Of a DNA stretch of 64,000 bases, positions 21,970 through 32,866 are shown in pieces. Under the pieces are notes generated by a model that saw only the letters and a program-made list of their open reading frames with translations, did not search any database and was not told where the DNA came from. Position 1 is the stretch's first letter. Every line of letters starts with the position of its first letter. The stretch spans positions 30,994 to 94,993 of IMG/VR virus record IMGVR_UViG_3300035208_001913; one strand, given 5' to 3'. Both the position numbers and the translations under genes were made by a program. The stretch is from a virus (lineage: Duplodnaviria > Caudoviricetes).

Positions 21970-22847
21970 GAAATTATATTTTTATCTTTTAATATTTTTA
22001 TAATATTATTTGCTTTATGTTCCCATGTATGATTATTTAAAATAAAGTTATATGCACGTTCAACTATTTCTAATCTTTCATTTTCATGAGAAAGATAATA
22101 ATTAATTTTTTCTGTTAATTCGTCGAATGTTTTAAAATAAATTACATTATTACCAAATACTTCACGAAGTTCTTTTGTTTCATATGCAATACATAATGCC
22201 TTATATCCTATAATTTGATACATCCTATTTGAATATGTACGTGATGTATCGTAATGATTTATAGCTATACCTATTTTGGATTCATTATAAACACTATTAT
22301 GAATTTTCTTTATATTAAAAGACCAATCAGTACCAAAACAATAAAAATTTTTATACATATTCATAAGTCTAAAAATATATGAACATCGTATTGAACTTAA
22401 AGGAAAAATATTTAAACTATTTTGTCCAGTGAAAACTATATCATATTTTCTTTCAATATCTTTAACTTCATAAGGTTTAAATCCCATCATCAAATATTCT
22501 GCATTTTTTCCTAACTTTTTTACTTCTTCTTTAGAATTATCACTTGAAGTTAAAAATAAATTAATAGAAGTCATAAATTTATACCAAGATTCCAAAGGTA
22601 TTCTTTCATCATTTCTCCAATATATATTATAAGAGTTTTTAAAATGTTCATAAGTCTGAATATTGAAACAAAATTTATTATAATGTATTAAAACAACATC
22701 TGGTTTAAAATTATCATAATATTTAATAATATCATTCTGTATTTCAAACTGAAATATTTGTATCTCGGAAAAATAATTATTAAACTCTTTAATAAAATTA
22801 TTTAATTGATTATACCTATCTTTCTTAATTATATAAAGTAATTTCAT
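21966..22847 (-). CDS. Glycosyltransferase (CgeB/Glyco_trans_1_2-like)
   Basis: YNESKIGI, SNRMYQ, EKINYYLSHENERLEI, NHTWEH motifs. Confidence 0.75.
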   Translation of the reverse strand: MKLLYIIKKDRYNQLNNFIKEFNNYFSEIQIFQFEIQNDIIKYYDNFKPDVVLIHYNKFCFNIQTYEHFKNSYNIYWRNDERIPLESWYKFMTSINLFLTSSDNSKEEVKKLGKNAEYLMMGFKPYEVKDIERKYDIVFTGQNSLNIFPLSSIRCSYIFRLMNMYKNFYCFGTDWSFNIKKIHNSVYNESKIGIAINHYDTSRTYSNRMYQIIGYKALCIAYETKELREVFGNNVIYFKTFDELTEKINYYLSHENERLEIVERAYNFILNNHTWEHKANNIIKILKDKNIIS

Positions 22848-23767
22848 AATAGTTTTAATAATTCAATTTCTACTTTTTTACTTATAATTTTATAATCAAA
22901 TTGTTTTACTACTTCTAATGCATTAGTTCTTATTCTATTCCTTTCTTCTTCATTTGAAATTAAATATTCTATATATTCTTTCATTAATATATCATTTCCA
23001 CATTGTACTTTGTATGTTGTTTCTTTATTAAATGCAAATTCGCTATTACACATTATATCAGTACAAACTACAATACAACCACATGCCATAGCTTCTAATA
23101 CAGGATTACACCAACCACCTCTTATATGACCATCTACATATATAAGTCCTGTGTTTAGAAAATCAGACATATCAGTTTGTTTAATACCTTTAGCAAAATA
23201 TGTTTTAATAGGTAACTTATTAAATCCTTCAAGTGCATTTATTACAGTTTCACTACCTTTACGTGGTCTCATATCTCCAGCCCATATTAAACAATCTCTT
23301 TTAATATCAGGTTTATACTTAAACATATTAAGATTTATACCTCCTACTGATATATCTAATACTTTAAAATTTTCTTTTCTAAGAAGTTCTAATTGTTTAT
23401 TTGAATCAGCAATAAGATAATGATGTGTAACAATTTCTTTTAAAAATCTACTTTTATTGAAATCTTTATTATTATCATCTACTCCCATAAAACAATAGAT
23501 TTTTATTTTAGCTTTAGCTGCCTTAAAAAATTCAGTGTACATTAGTTCATCAGGAACCGCAACCATTATAAGAAAATCTAAATCATCATCTATACATTTA
23601 TGACAATGTTTTGTTTTACCAAGATATTCTATCCATGTAACTGAATTAGCAGCCGGAGCATATAGAGTTACTTCATGACCATATTTTACTAACCAATTAC
23701 TATTTTCAATAACTTCTCGAACACTACCAAATATTCCATTAGTAGATATTAACCATCCTATTTTCAT
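22844..23767 (-). CDS. Glycosyltransferase GT4 (GT-B fold)
   Basis: GHEVTLY, RKG, NPVLEAMACGCIVV motifs. Confidence 0.8.
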   Translation of the reverse strand: MKIGWLISTNGIFGSVREVIENSNWLVKYGHEVTLYAPAANSVTWIEYLGKTKHCHKCIDDDLDFLIMVAVPDELMYTEFFKAAKAKIKIYCFMGVDDNNKDFNKSRFLKEIVTHHYLIADSNKQLELLRKENFKVLDISVGGINLNMFKYKPDIKRDCLIWAGDMRPRKGSETVINALEGFNKLPIKTYFAKGIKQTDMSDFLNTGLIYVDGHIRGGWCNPVLEAMACGCIVVCTDIMCNSEFAFNKETTYKVQCGNDILMKEYIEYLISNEEERNRIRTNALEVVKQFDYKIISKKVEIELLKLL

Positions 23768-24294
23768 AATAAAATATTTTTAAAATTACATAGATAATAT
23801 TCCCAACTATAAATTCCTTTAGGTATTTTATATTTTTTCTTTTTATTATAAAGAAGAACAATACCTGTTTCTATATCTTTTAGTTCCATATACCAACCTT
23901 CTTTAGCAAGTTGAACTATTGCTACCCAAACATCACCTTGCCAATTTTTAGATATTCTTTCTCTAAATTGATGATGTTCTGCTTTAGGTAAACAATCATG
24001 TATTACAATAACTCCTTTATTATTTAAAACAGATAAAGAATTATTTACATCTTTTATAACTTGTTCACTTAAATGTAATCCATCAACAAAAATAATATCA
24101 AATGTATTTTTATTTTCTATAAAAAAATCATCAGATGTTTTCATTATTGTTGCTTCATTTATAGGATCAACACTAATTTTTACTTTACAGATAATTTCAT
24201 TAAAATTGATTCCACTACCTGCACCTATTTCAAGATAACTTTTATAGTTATTATCTTTTATTAATTTATTTAATAATATAGTTCTTTCTAACAT
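23764..24294 (-). CDS. Class I SAM-dependent methyltransferase (Methyltransf_24-like)
   Basis: YLEIGAGSG, FDIIFVDGLH, GVIVIHD motifs. Confidence 0.8.
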   Translation of the reverse strand: MLERTILLNKLIKDNNYKSYLEIGAGSGINFNEIICKVKISVDPINEATIMKTSDDFFIENKNTFDIIFVDGLHLSEQVIKDVNNSLSVLNNKGVIVIHDCLPKAEHHQFRERISKNWQGDVWVAIVQLAKEGWYMELKDIETGIVLLYNKKKKYKIPKGIYSWEYYLCNFKNILL

Positions 24295-24415
24295 AATTTA
24301 TTTTTTTTACAAACTTATTAATCTTTTTTAACTTCTTCAAATTTATTTTCTTCTGGTATTACAGGAAATAAAATCTTTCTCTGTCGAGTATTTCTTAAAT
24401 TAGTTTTTGTAGGTA

Positions 24416-25174
24416 TTAATTATTTTGATATTTAAAAATAAATCCCCTTATTGTTTTACGTTCATTTCTACAAACTCGTCTTATACTATTATAACAAATA
24501 CCCGTATCTTTACATGCTATATTAATATTATCAAAAGTATTTATTAATTCATTTAGTTTAGAATATTGAAATACTTTAATCCAATTTTCTTCTTTTTTAA
24601 AATGACTTTTACTTAGATTTTCTATATGTTTAGAACTAAATATAATACCTTTTCTTGAATTACTTATTTTATTTTTTGTTTCTTCAGTTCTTTTTTTTCC
24701 TAACATATATTTATTACCTTTTTTTAATTCCGATATTTTCTTTTTAAATAATTCTGATTTTTTAGAACCTAAATTATATTTATTACCTTTCCTATATTTC
24801 ATTAACATTAAATTTACTTCATCTGACATTTTTCTACCTGGTTTTCCAGTTAATGCTTTACTTATTTTCAGTTTAGTTTCATTAGACATTATTCTTACAT
24901 TACCACCATCTATAAGATTTAATCCATATTTTGAATTAAAAGTTTGAAATAAATCAACATAATATTTTTCTAATTCATTTAATTGTTCAGAATTACATTC
25001 TTGTAATATTTCAAATTTATGTTTATCAACACCATATTTTTTTAAAGAATTATAAATTCTTGGTTGTGATTTACACTTTAAATACTTATATTCTTTCCAT
25101 CTTTTTTCAATATCTTTACTTTGTCCAATATAAATATTCATAGTTGGACTTGTTATCTTATATATTCCTATCAT
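24416..25174 (-). CDS. GIY-YIG homing endonuclease with NUMOD repeats
   Basis: GIYKIT...IYIGQS; repeated SxETKxKIS; C-terminal NUMOD1-like HTH. Confidence 0.85.
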   Translation of the reverse strand: MIGIYKITSPTMNIYIGQSKDIEKRWKEYKYLKCKSQPRIYNSLKKYGVDKHKFEILQECNSEQLNELEKYYVDLFQTFNSKYGLNLIDGGNVRIMSNETKLKISKALTGKPGRKMSDEVNLMLMKYRKGNKYNLGSKKSELFKKKISELKKGNKYMLGKKRTEETKNKISNSRKGIIFSSKHIENLSKSHFKKEENWIKVFQYSKLNELINTFDNINIACKDTGICYNSIRRVCRNERKTIRGFIFKYQNN

Positions 25175-25312
25175 AATTATTTGTTAATATTATTGGAAAA
25201 ATAAATTTTAATTGACCTTTAACTCTATAATTATTAATAGGTTTAAGACCACTTTGAAATCTTATTCTTGCAATAAGCCATTGTTCTTTCATATACTTAC
25301 TTCTATCAAATT

Positions 25313-25627
25313 TCATTTTAAGTTCTCATAACGTAAACCTTTGTGATACGAATTATAATTTATCCATGTATTAAATGTTTTCTCCATGCAATAGTCCACC
25401 GATTGATAATACCAGTCAATTATAAGTCCTTTCTTACAGTTGTTATTAATATCATACAGTATATCGGAGAAGTTAAATGTGAAGTCGTTAAACGTTCCTA
25501 CACCACCTACTTCATTACCTATCCAGCCATACCAATCCATTTCCTGCTTACGGCAGAACTCATACAGATAGTCATTGACTACATCTACATATCTTATAAG
25601 CAATTCTTCTCTTTCTTTTTTATTCAT
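25313..25627 (-). CDS. Hypothetical protein
   Basis: 104 aa, co-oriented in the minus-strand operon. Confidence 0.5.
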   Translation of the reverse strand: MNKKEREELLIRYVDVVNDYLYEFCRKQEMDWYGWIGNEVGGVGTFNDFTFNFSDILYDINNNCKKGLIIDWYYQSVDYCMEKTFNTWINYNSYHKGLRYENLK

Positions 25628-26126
25628 TTAATTTAGGATAAAATATTTGTTTATAAACTATACCGAAGAATCTTTTTCTTTTCATTATCAATCTAAAAGG
25701 ATATTTAAATTTACCATTTTCTTCAATAGGTTCACCTGTAATTAAAATTATTGTTTTAGTATTACAACCAAAAAATATTTTTATTTTATTTATAATTTTA
25801 TTCATTATCAAAAGGCATTTTTAAAAATCCTATTCTTTGTTTAATATATTTTCCATTAATAGAAAATTCACTGGGAGTTAACCAACAAGTTTTATAGGTT
25901 CCTTCACTAAAATATGACACTTCATATTGTTCATAATTTTGTCTTATAGTAACTCCGGTAATAATACCATCTATGTTACCTATATTTGTTAGTATTCTTG
26001 TACCATGTTTTATTATTAGCATTTTTATTCTTTTATGTTATTTGAGCAACACCTTCTTCTACCTCATTTATTATCAATAGAAAAATCTGTAATCTTTTTA
26101 TTGTCATTTCTTTTAATATTATCAAA

Positions 26127-26465
26127 TTAATGAAATGGAACATACATCACAGTTACACCTTCTGGTTCTAACCTAACTGATTGTATATTAAGTTTGTCAA
26201 ACTCCTGATGGCATTTTCTACATAACACCTGCATATTAGTTACCGACCAAGCAACTTCACTCCTACCTTGTTTTTGACAATCTGATACGGAAATTATATG
26301 AGCACAATCTAAAGGCAAACAATCATTTCTTTTACATTTCTCACAAAAATTATAACCGTACTTATCTTTTTGTAATTGTAGTAAGAGAGCTTTTGACTCC
26401 CTTACTTTTCTATTAATTACTTTCTTATCCACCCGGGTACCATCGGAACAATTATAACTTGGCAT
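26127..26465 (-). CDS. HNH/NinG-like endonuclease
   Basis: CEKC...DCAHII...N...LCRKCH motif. Confidence 0.7.
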   Translation of the reverse strand: MPSYNCSDGTRVDKKVINRKVRESKALLLQLQKDKYGYNFCEKCKRNDCLPLDCAHIISVSDCQKQGRSEVAWSVTNMQVLCRKCHQEFDKLNIQSVRLEPEGVTVMYVPFH

Positions 26466-27624
26466 CTTGTAGTTTTTTAATTAATTCTTTGAATTTTTTT
26501 AAAAATACAGCTTCTTTATTATTTACTTCATGTTGTTCTAATCTAAAAAAGCAATTATATAGAATAACTAAATCATCTTCAGTAATAATTACTTTATTTT
26601 TATCTTTCTTATATTTATCAATCTCATATAATAAATCTGATACGTGTCCTTCTAAAGACTTATAACTTTTTTTTAACTTCTCATGTTCTCTATGTAAGTC
26701 CATAACAGTACTACCTTCAGGTATAGAAGTACAATTAAAATGCTTATTTTCTATTGTTCCCTCAAAAGGTGTCATTCCTTTTCCGGGACAAGAAGTTTCA
26801 AGTGTACATACCTTTTGGTTTAATTCAGCATTTACCTTAATAACTTCATCTAATTTCTTATTTAACTTTTCATTCTTTTCTTCTATATTTTTGAGATTGT
26901 TTTTACTATTTACTTTTATAAGATGATTATTAGCAATTTCTAATTCCTTTTTTTTTCTTTCTAAGTCAGAAATTGTTTCAAGAAATTGATGATTAGCAGT
27001 TATAACTTCTTCATTTCTTCTCTCTAATTCTTGATGTTTCTTTATATGCTTTTCTAAATCAAAAGAATTAAGAAGAACATTTCTTTGTTTGAGGTCATTA
27101 TTTTCTTTTTCCAAATCGGTGGATAATTGTTTAAAGTAACTATTACATTTTATTAAATCTTCTATCTTCTTTTCAGAATATTTTAATTTAGCGTCTATAA
27201 ATCCAAAATGATTTTTTAATGTTAAATATTTCAAAGAAAGATTATCTTCAGTTCCTTTACAACTATCCATTATTTTTTCTTGACAATCACCTAATATAAT
27301 TTCAGAAGTACTATTTCTTTCTAAATCCTTTTCTAATATTGATTGTGCAAAACCTTTTATAGTTTCTCTTCTTAATTTTGATTTAGTGGCATTATAACTT
27401 TCTCTTTCTTTCAAAAGATAATCTTTTAGTTTATAAAATTTACCATCTTCTTCAACAATAAAACGGAAAATATTTAATTTATTATCAAATAAAGTTTCAC
27501 AAATAATACCCTTATCATCAAAACCTACATTTATGATATTATCATTTTTTCTTATATTGGTAACATTACGAATTACACGTAACAAATTATCGTTATTATA
27601 TATAAATAATTTTACTCTTTTCAT
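26452..27624 (-). CDS. Coiled-coil hypothetical protein
   Basis: 390 aa, heptad-rich. Confidence 0.55.
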   Translation of the reverse strand: MKRVKLFIYNNDNLLRVIRNVTNIRKNDNIINVGFDDKGIICETLFDNKLNIFRFIVEEDGKFYKLKDYLLKERESYNATKSKLRRETIKGFAQSILEKDLERNSTSEIILGDCQEKIMDSCKGTEDNLSLKYLTLKNHFGFIDAKLKYSEKKIEDLIKCNSYFKQLSTDLEKENNDLKQRNVLLNSFDLEKHIKKHQELERRNEEVITANHQFLETISDLERKKKELEIANNHLIKVNSKNNLKNIEEKNEKLNKKLDEVIKVNAELNQKVCTLETSCPGKGMTPFEGTIENKHFNCTSIPEGSTVMDLHREHEKLKKSYKSLEGHVSDLLYEIDKYKKDKNKVIITEDDLVILYNCFFRLEQHEVNNKEAVFLKKFKELIKKLQDAKL

Positions 27625-27626
27625 AA

Positions 27627-27986
27627 TTAATTTATTGTTAAAGGATTTTTCTTAGGAGTTCTAACAGCTAATACATTATGTATAGAAATCTTAATATACA
27701 ACTCACCATTAAGATTAATATAATCTTCATCCCTAAAGGGTCTATCAATATAAAGTAAATCACCTTTCTTAATCCCTTTCGGAAAGTACTCCTCAAAACC
27801 TATTCCACATAATACACATTCTAACTTATAAGGCTGATCTTTACAATCACTTAACATAGGCTCTTTCTTTGCCTTCTCATTTAACTGTATGATAACTGAA
27901 TTAGGTTTCTTTAACTTAGGCTCTATTAATTTACCTACTAACATCTGCTTCTTTAGTGAAAGCTCACTTAATTTATAATCTTCCAT
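27627..27986 (-). CDS. GroES/Cpn10-like co-chaperonin
   Basis: V..G.G...IKKGDLLY...INLNGELY.....NVLA pattern resembles the GroES fold. Confidence 0.55.
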   Translation of the reverse strand: MEDYKLSELSLKKQMLVGKLIEPKLKKPNSVIIQLNEKAKKEPMLSDCKDQPYKLECVLCGIGFEEYFPKGIKKGDLLYIDRPFRDEDYINLNGELYIKISIHNVLAVRTPKKNPLTIN

Positions 27987-27987
27987 A

Positions 27988-28140
27988 TTATTGTTTTTTT
28001 AATTTGTTTTCTAATTCTTCCATATATAATCTTAAATACTTATTTACTAAATAACTTATTGTCCTATCCTCCCTCTTAGAGTACTTCTCCAACAACGCCA
28101 ATACATATCCCTCCATCCTATAAGACCGCAATACCTTCAT
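27988..28140 (-). CDS. Ribbon-helix-helix (CopG/Arc-like) regulator, 50 aa; not in the ORF track
   Basis: MKVLRSYRMEGYVLALLEKYSKREDRTISYLVNKYLRLYMEELENKLKKQ; first gene after a TATATTTG promoter. Confidence 0.6.
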   Translation of the reverse strand: MKVLRSYRMEGYVLALLEKYSKREDRTISYLVNKYLRLYMEELENKLKKQ

Positions 28141-28159
28141 AACTAATCATATTTTATTG

Positions 28160-28167
28160 CAAATATA
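28160..28167 (-). promoter_or_regulatory. Bacteroidota-type -7 promoter for the leftward arm
   Basis: caaatata on + strand (TATATTTG on minus). Confidence 0.55.
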
Positions 28168-28366
28168 ATAATTATTGTAATACAACGTATCACATCCCCC
28201 ACTTTTATTTTGTTAATTAATAACACTCCCAACTAAACTACCCATACCCCACTACATTAAAATACCCCCATAACATTATATTAACATATACACCCTCTTA
28301 GAGGAACCCCCCTACACCCCCCCCTAATGAATTAAAAATAAATTAATAATCTAAAAATTTAAAAAA

Positions 28367-28726
28367 ATGAAAAAACAAGATTTAGAAAAACAAAAAGCTC
28401 TTGATGCAGTTTCCGGCAAGGCAGTAGTAACTGTAGGTGTACCGTATAGTGTTATTGAGGGTATGAAAAGAAGTTTGTACTTAGACAAGAATGTAAATTT
28501 GCCAGTAGGTACATTTAGTCTTTTAGTAGGCAAACGTTTCAAATCAGGTGCTAATGATGCAAGTTGTGTATTAAGACACACTTCAGCAGATGGCAGTACA
28601 TTTGAATTTAGAGTTAACGCAAGTGAACTCAAAGCTCTTAATGTATTGAAAGCAGATGCAAATGACAATGCTTACTGTGATGACTTCAAAGGAACAATTA
28701 AAGAGGGCGTTATTGAATTAGTTTAA
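28367..28726 (+). CDS. Hypothetical protein, first gene of the rightward arm
   Basis: 119 aa, followed by a terminator. Confidence 0.6.
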   Translation: MKKQDLEKQKALDAVSGKAVVTVGVPYSVIEGMKRSLYLDKNVNLPVGTFSLLVGKRFKSGANDASCVLRHTSADGSTFEFRVNASELKALNVLKADANDNAYCDDFKGTIKEGVIELV

Positions 28727-28775
28727 AACTTTAGGAGAGGGAGTTATTGAACTAGTTTAAAACTTTAGGAGAGGG
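28703..28775. repeat. 34-bp tandem duplication
   Basis: gaggg(c/a)gttattgaa(t/c)tagtttaaaactttagga present twice, spanning the gene end. Confidence 0.8.
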
Positions 28776-28800
28776 GATAAAACCCCTTTCCTTTTTTTTT
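28771..28800 (+). terminator. Intrinsic terminator
   Basis: gagggg-ataaa-accccttt followed by a long T run. Confidence 0.7.
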
Positions 28801-30085
28801 ATTATTTTAATTTAATTTCTGTTACTATATATAGTGGTTATATATATAATGTTGTCTTGGTTGCTTAACCAGTATCACATTTTAAATGAATTTCCTTTAT
28901 AATTACACTTACTTACCGGAACATTTAGCCAAATTATGAAGGATTTATACTCTAATTTACCATATATTGGTAATATTCTATATAAAGTCATAGTTGTTAC
29001 CTTCATAAATTTAGAAAGTGCTTTCTTATTTGTTGTCAACAGGACATCTTTACTATCTAAATTGACACAAACATATTGAATTTCTACTTTTATCATAGTA
29101 ATGTTGTATTGGTTAGAGTACAAAGATAACACTTTTATTCATATAAACATCTATTTATTACTTATTATAATACTATTATATATAAGCATTAGTTGTGATA
29201 TAGCCTATTATAGTCCTTTACATTGGATGTGCTGCGCACTAATATTGAATAGAGTTATATTACATTAGTTATGTACTACTATATATTGTTATAAAAGGCT
29301 ATAGATGTATATAATAGTATAATTATAATATTGTGTGTAGTAATATACTATATGATAATATGATTGGTTGTTTATCTTAAATGGGTTAATACGTAAGTTG
29401 TTTATTTATTATTATGGTAGTAGATATCAGAATGATATTTATGTTTGTTCGATTCCAATAATAGTGGCTAAAATTTAGAGCTGGTGGCAACAGTGTAATT
29501 CAGCGTATATAATATGAATATTTTATATGTAAAAAAAGTAGGTGATGGATTAAATTATAGGGATATATATTCTTTTGATTTATATTCATTTAATGATTTA
29601 TTTGATAAGATAACTGAAGGCTTAACAGTTAAGATACTAACTGAAAAGGAATTAAATGATATGAAAGGAGGTGCATAATGTTTGGTGATTTTGATGTATA
29701 TGATAATGAGTGTACTGCTTGTTCAGCTAGTGATGCTCAGTTTGAAGCATGGATTGATAGACGTATTACAAAATGGCGAAAACTTTATTATAGATTACGT
29801 AAAAGGTAATGATAGAGAACTTTATTCTTAATGAAGAGGACTTGGCTCCGCTCTTAAATGAGTGGGGCTTAGATGTATTAATATATGATTTTAGAGAGAA
29901 TTTCATGAGTTCTATTATGTATATAGGACATGATATAAGCATATTGCTGGCTTTATGGAAGAGTCAGTTACTTGAAGCATATTATAATAACTGCAATCAA
30001 TTACGATTGGCAGTGTAATGTATAAGAGAATGATGAGCACACGATTAAACAGCTTAAACTACTGCTGTGCTTGTTGTTCTCTTTA

Positions 30086-30157
30086 AGATATATATTGTAA
30101 TGGAAGCATGACACTCTTTGAAGTGTTAGTATCTGGTTCGAGTCCAGATTATATCAC
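30086..30157 (+). tRNA. tRNA-like element, Gln(TTG)-type, irregular
   Basis: Acceptor gatata/tatatc; D loop aatgg; gacac-tctttgaa-gtgtt anticodon arm with 8-nt loop; T arm tctgg-ttcgagt-ccaga. Confidence 0.5.
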
Positions 30158-31501
30158 AAATTTAATACTAATTATTAATTTAAAATATAAAATAAAATGA
30201 AAACAAAATTTGCAATAACAAATAAAGCAACAGGTTTTATTGTTGCTTTACTTGAAAACTTTGTGCATGTTGATTTGCATGAAGATTTTGAATTATGCCA
30301 AATTAATGAAAACTGCCATATTGAGGGTGAATTTTTGATTTGGGATAATTAAAAAATAAATAACAATATAATCTCTTATCCTTCTACTAAACGTTCTTTT
30401 AGTTATTATTCACATAAGAATCAATTATTTAATAACTTTATATAAATATTGATTATGTCTGTTAACAGAACTATTATCAATTAAAAACTTGTGGGTAATG
30501 TAGAAGTGATAAGAGATTTTTTTTTATTGCCTTAGATGGTACATCTGTTCGTTCAGAGATAAGGCACAAATAGCAATAATGCTATCTAATTAAAAACAAA
30601 TTACAATGAAGGTATTAAGATTTAAAAATGCTTTAGAAAGACTTAAAGCACAACTTACATCTGGAGTAAAAACAGATAAAAAAGAACAAGTAGGACAAAA
30701 GAAGTACAATACTGTTCCTCTTACTGATTCTGATAAAAAAAGAATTGAAAAAGAAATTGTTATTCTTGAAGAAAAGATTAAAAAATTTAATTAAAATAAA
30801 CTATAATTATGTATATAATTAACTTTTTAAACGAGCAACAAAAAGTTGCTATACAGGAACAAATCGACAAATTCGGTTTAGTACTTGTATCTAATGCTGT
30901 TACTAAAGAACAGTATATAATAAATAAAGCTAATAATAAGAAAGCTTTATTAGTTGTAAAACCTGATGGTAGTCTATGGCTTTGTCGTGGTATGCGACAG
31001 AATCATAAGGATTGGGATAACTTTACTGAATGGCTTACAAAATTAAATGATTATTTGGTTATTGTACCTAATAATTTATGGAGTGATGAATGTGCTAAAG
31101 GAACACATAATCATCCTTTTAATTTACTATTATTCCTTGAAAAGCATAAAATAGAAGAAACAAAAATTGTTAGAGCGATAAATGTGTTTAATCAGAAATA
31201 CAAATTATTATCTGATATGCCACTAAAAGCAATGAAATCTTCTTACCTTAGTATCCTAAAAGAAAAAGAATTAGTATGACAGAAATAATTAAACAAAACA
31301 GTTTAATACATCCACTTAGTATAAACTATTGTGGTGTATATGCGAAACGTCTTAGCCTATCACAGGCTGATGTTTTGCGAATCCTTAATCGTAAAGCTAT
31401 AAAATATCAAAAGGATTTTATTGATGCTGCTATGCGTTTTAAACGCAAACAATGTCTTAAAATAATTAATCAGTTCACAAAACAACTAAACTTAAATTAA
31501 A

Positions 31502-31819
31502 ATGAGTATTTTCAATTTTCTAAAAAGAAAACCGAAGATTGTTGAGCCTATCATTAAAGTAGACCCTAACCAAAAAGTAGTAAAACAATTCTTTATTGAT
31601 TACTTTAAAAGAAAGGAAATTGATGAGCAATGGTGGGGTATAAGTAAAATCACTGTTATAACGTTTGATAAAGGCGTTAAGGTTATTGTAGAACTTGCAA
31701 GGCCCGGATTGTTAATCGGAAAAGCAGGACATAATGTTCGTGCTTTATCTGCGGAATTAGAAGCAATTATTGGATTGCCTGTAACCTTTACTACTCATAT
31801 GGTAAGTGTATGGAATTAA
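31502..31819 (+). CDS. Stand-alone KH type II domain protein resembling ribosomal protein uS3
   Basis: GISKITV...VIVELARPGLLIGKAGHNVRAL resembles the uS3 ARPGxxIGKxG KH motif. Confidence 0.7.
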   Translation: MSIFNFLKRKPKIVEPIIKVDPNQKVVKQFFIDYFKRKEIDEQWWGISKITVITFDKGVKVIVELARPGLLIGKAGHNVRALSAELEAIIGLPVTFTTHMVSVWN

Positions 31820-32866
31820 GTTCAATTGACCTATTAATATTAAAATCTGAAACGATAGAGAAGATAAAAGATATTCAATATCGTTTCGGATTACTTTCTT
31901 CTGAGTTTATTCTATCAACAGATTCAGAAGTTATAGAAAATAATGTAGGACACAATGTTTATATAGCAAAACAAATTACTGTTCTTACCCAATCATTGGA
32001 TAATGAATATAAAAATTTAAAATATTATCAAAAACAAATTAAGGAGATAAAACAATGTTAGTAAAACCTTTTATTCAAGTATTATTTAAAAATTGGTTAC
32101 TCATAATAATAATAATGCTTTTTCTTATTATTCCATTTATCATTATGGATATATACGGATTATCCTTATGGTTTCCTGTGCTTACTGTACTGTTATATAT
32201 TATTCTTATAGTATGTTATACTATAATTAAATGTAGTGGTATTGCAAGCAGACATGAAGAAGAAATAGAAAGAAACTATTATGGCAAATGTATTTGTAAA
32301 GTATCTAAATATAAATGCAATTTTGGTATACTATCTATTGATACACATGAATGTCTTTTTCGCAAAGGATATATCTATGAACAAGCTAATAGAGAAAAAG
32401 AATTTAGCCTTATTGATGATTTAGATTATATTGTTATTATTCCGGTTGAATTAAGAAAACATTTTAATTTAGTTTAATTATGAAAGGAACTAAAATACTT
32501 AAGGATATCATTAAAGATATTCTTATAGCTTCAGACAATGCTAAAGATTGTGATTATACTCTTTATAATATTTACCTTAATATAATTGGAGTAGAATCTT
32601 GGTTATATACTTTAAGTTGGTGGTTACAAGTACAAAAAAATGGAGGTTATACTGTTGATAATAAATACATAGCCTGTATAAGTGTCGTATCCAGACGTCG
32701 TAGGGAGCTTCAAAAAGAGTTTCCTGAGTTACAAGGTACTAAGTACTATAAGAGACAAGAACAACTTCAACAACAAGCTCTGTTAGATACAGGGTATGAA
32801 AATAAAATGACTATACTTGGTATAGATAAAGGTACAACACCTTAAATTATTAATAAAATATTTATC

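Noticed and set aside
24416-25174. Group I intron around the GIY-YIG genes
   Set aside because: The flanks are too short and no intron core is recognisable; they appear free-standing.
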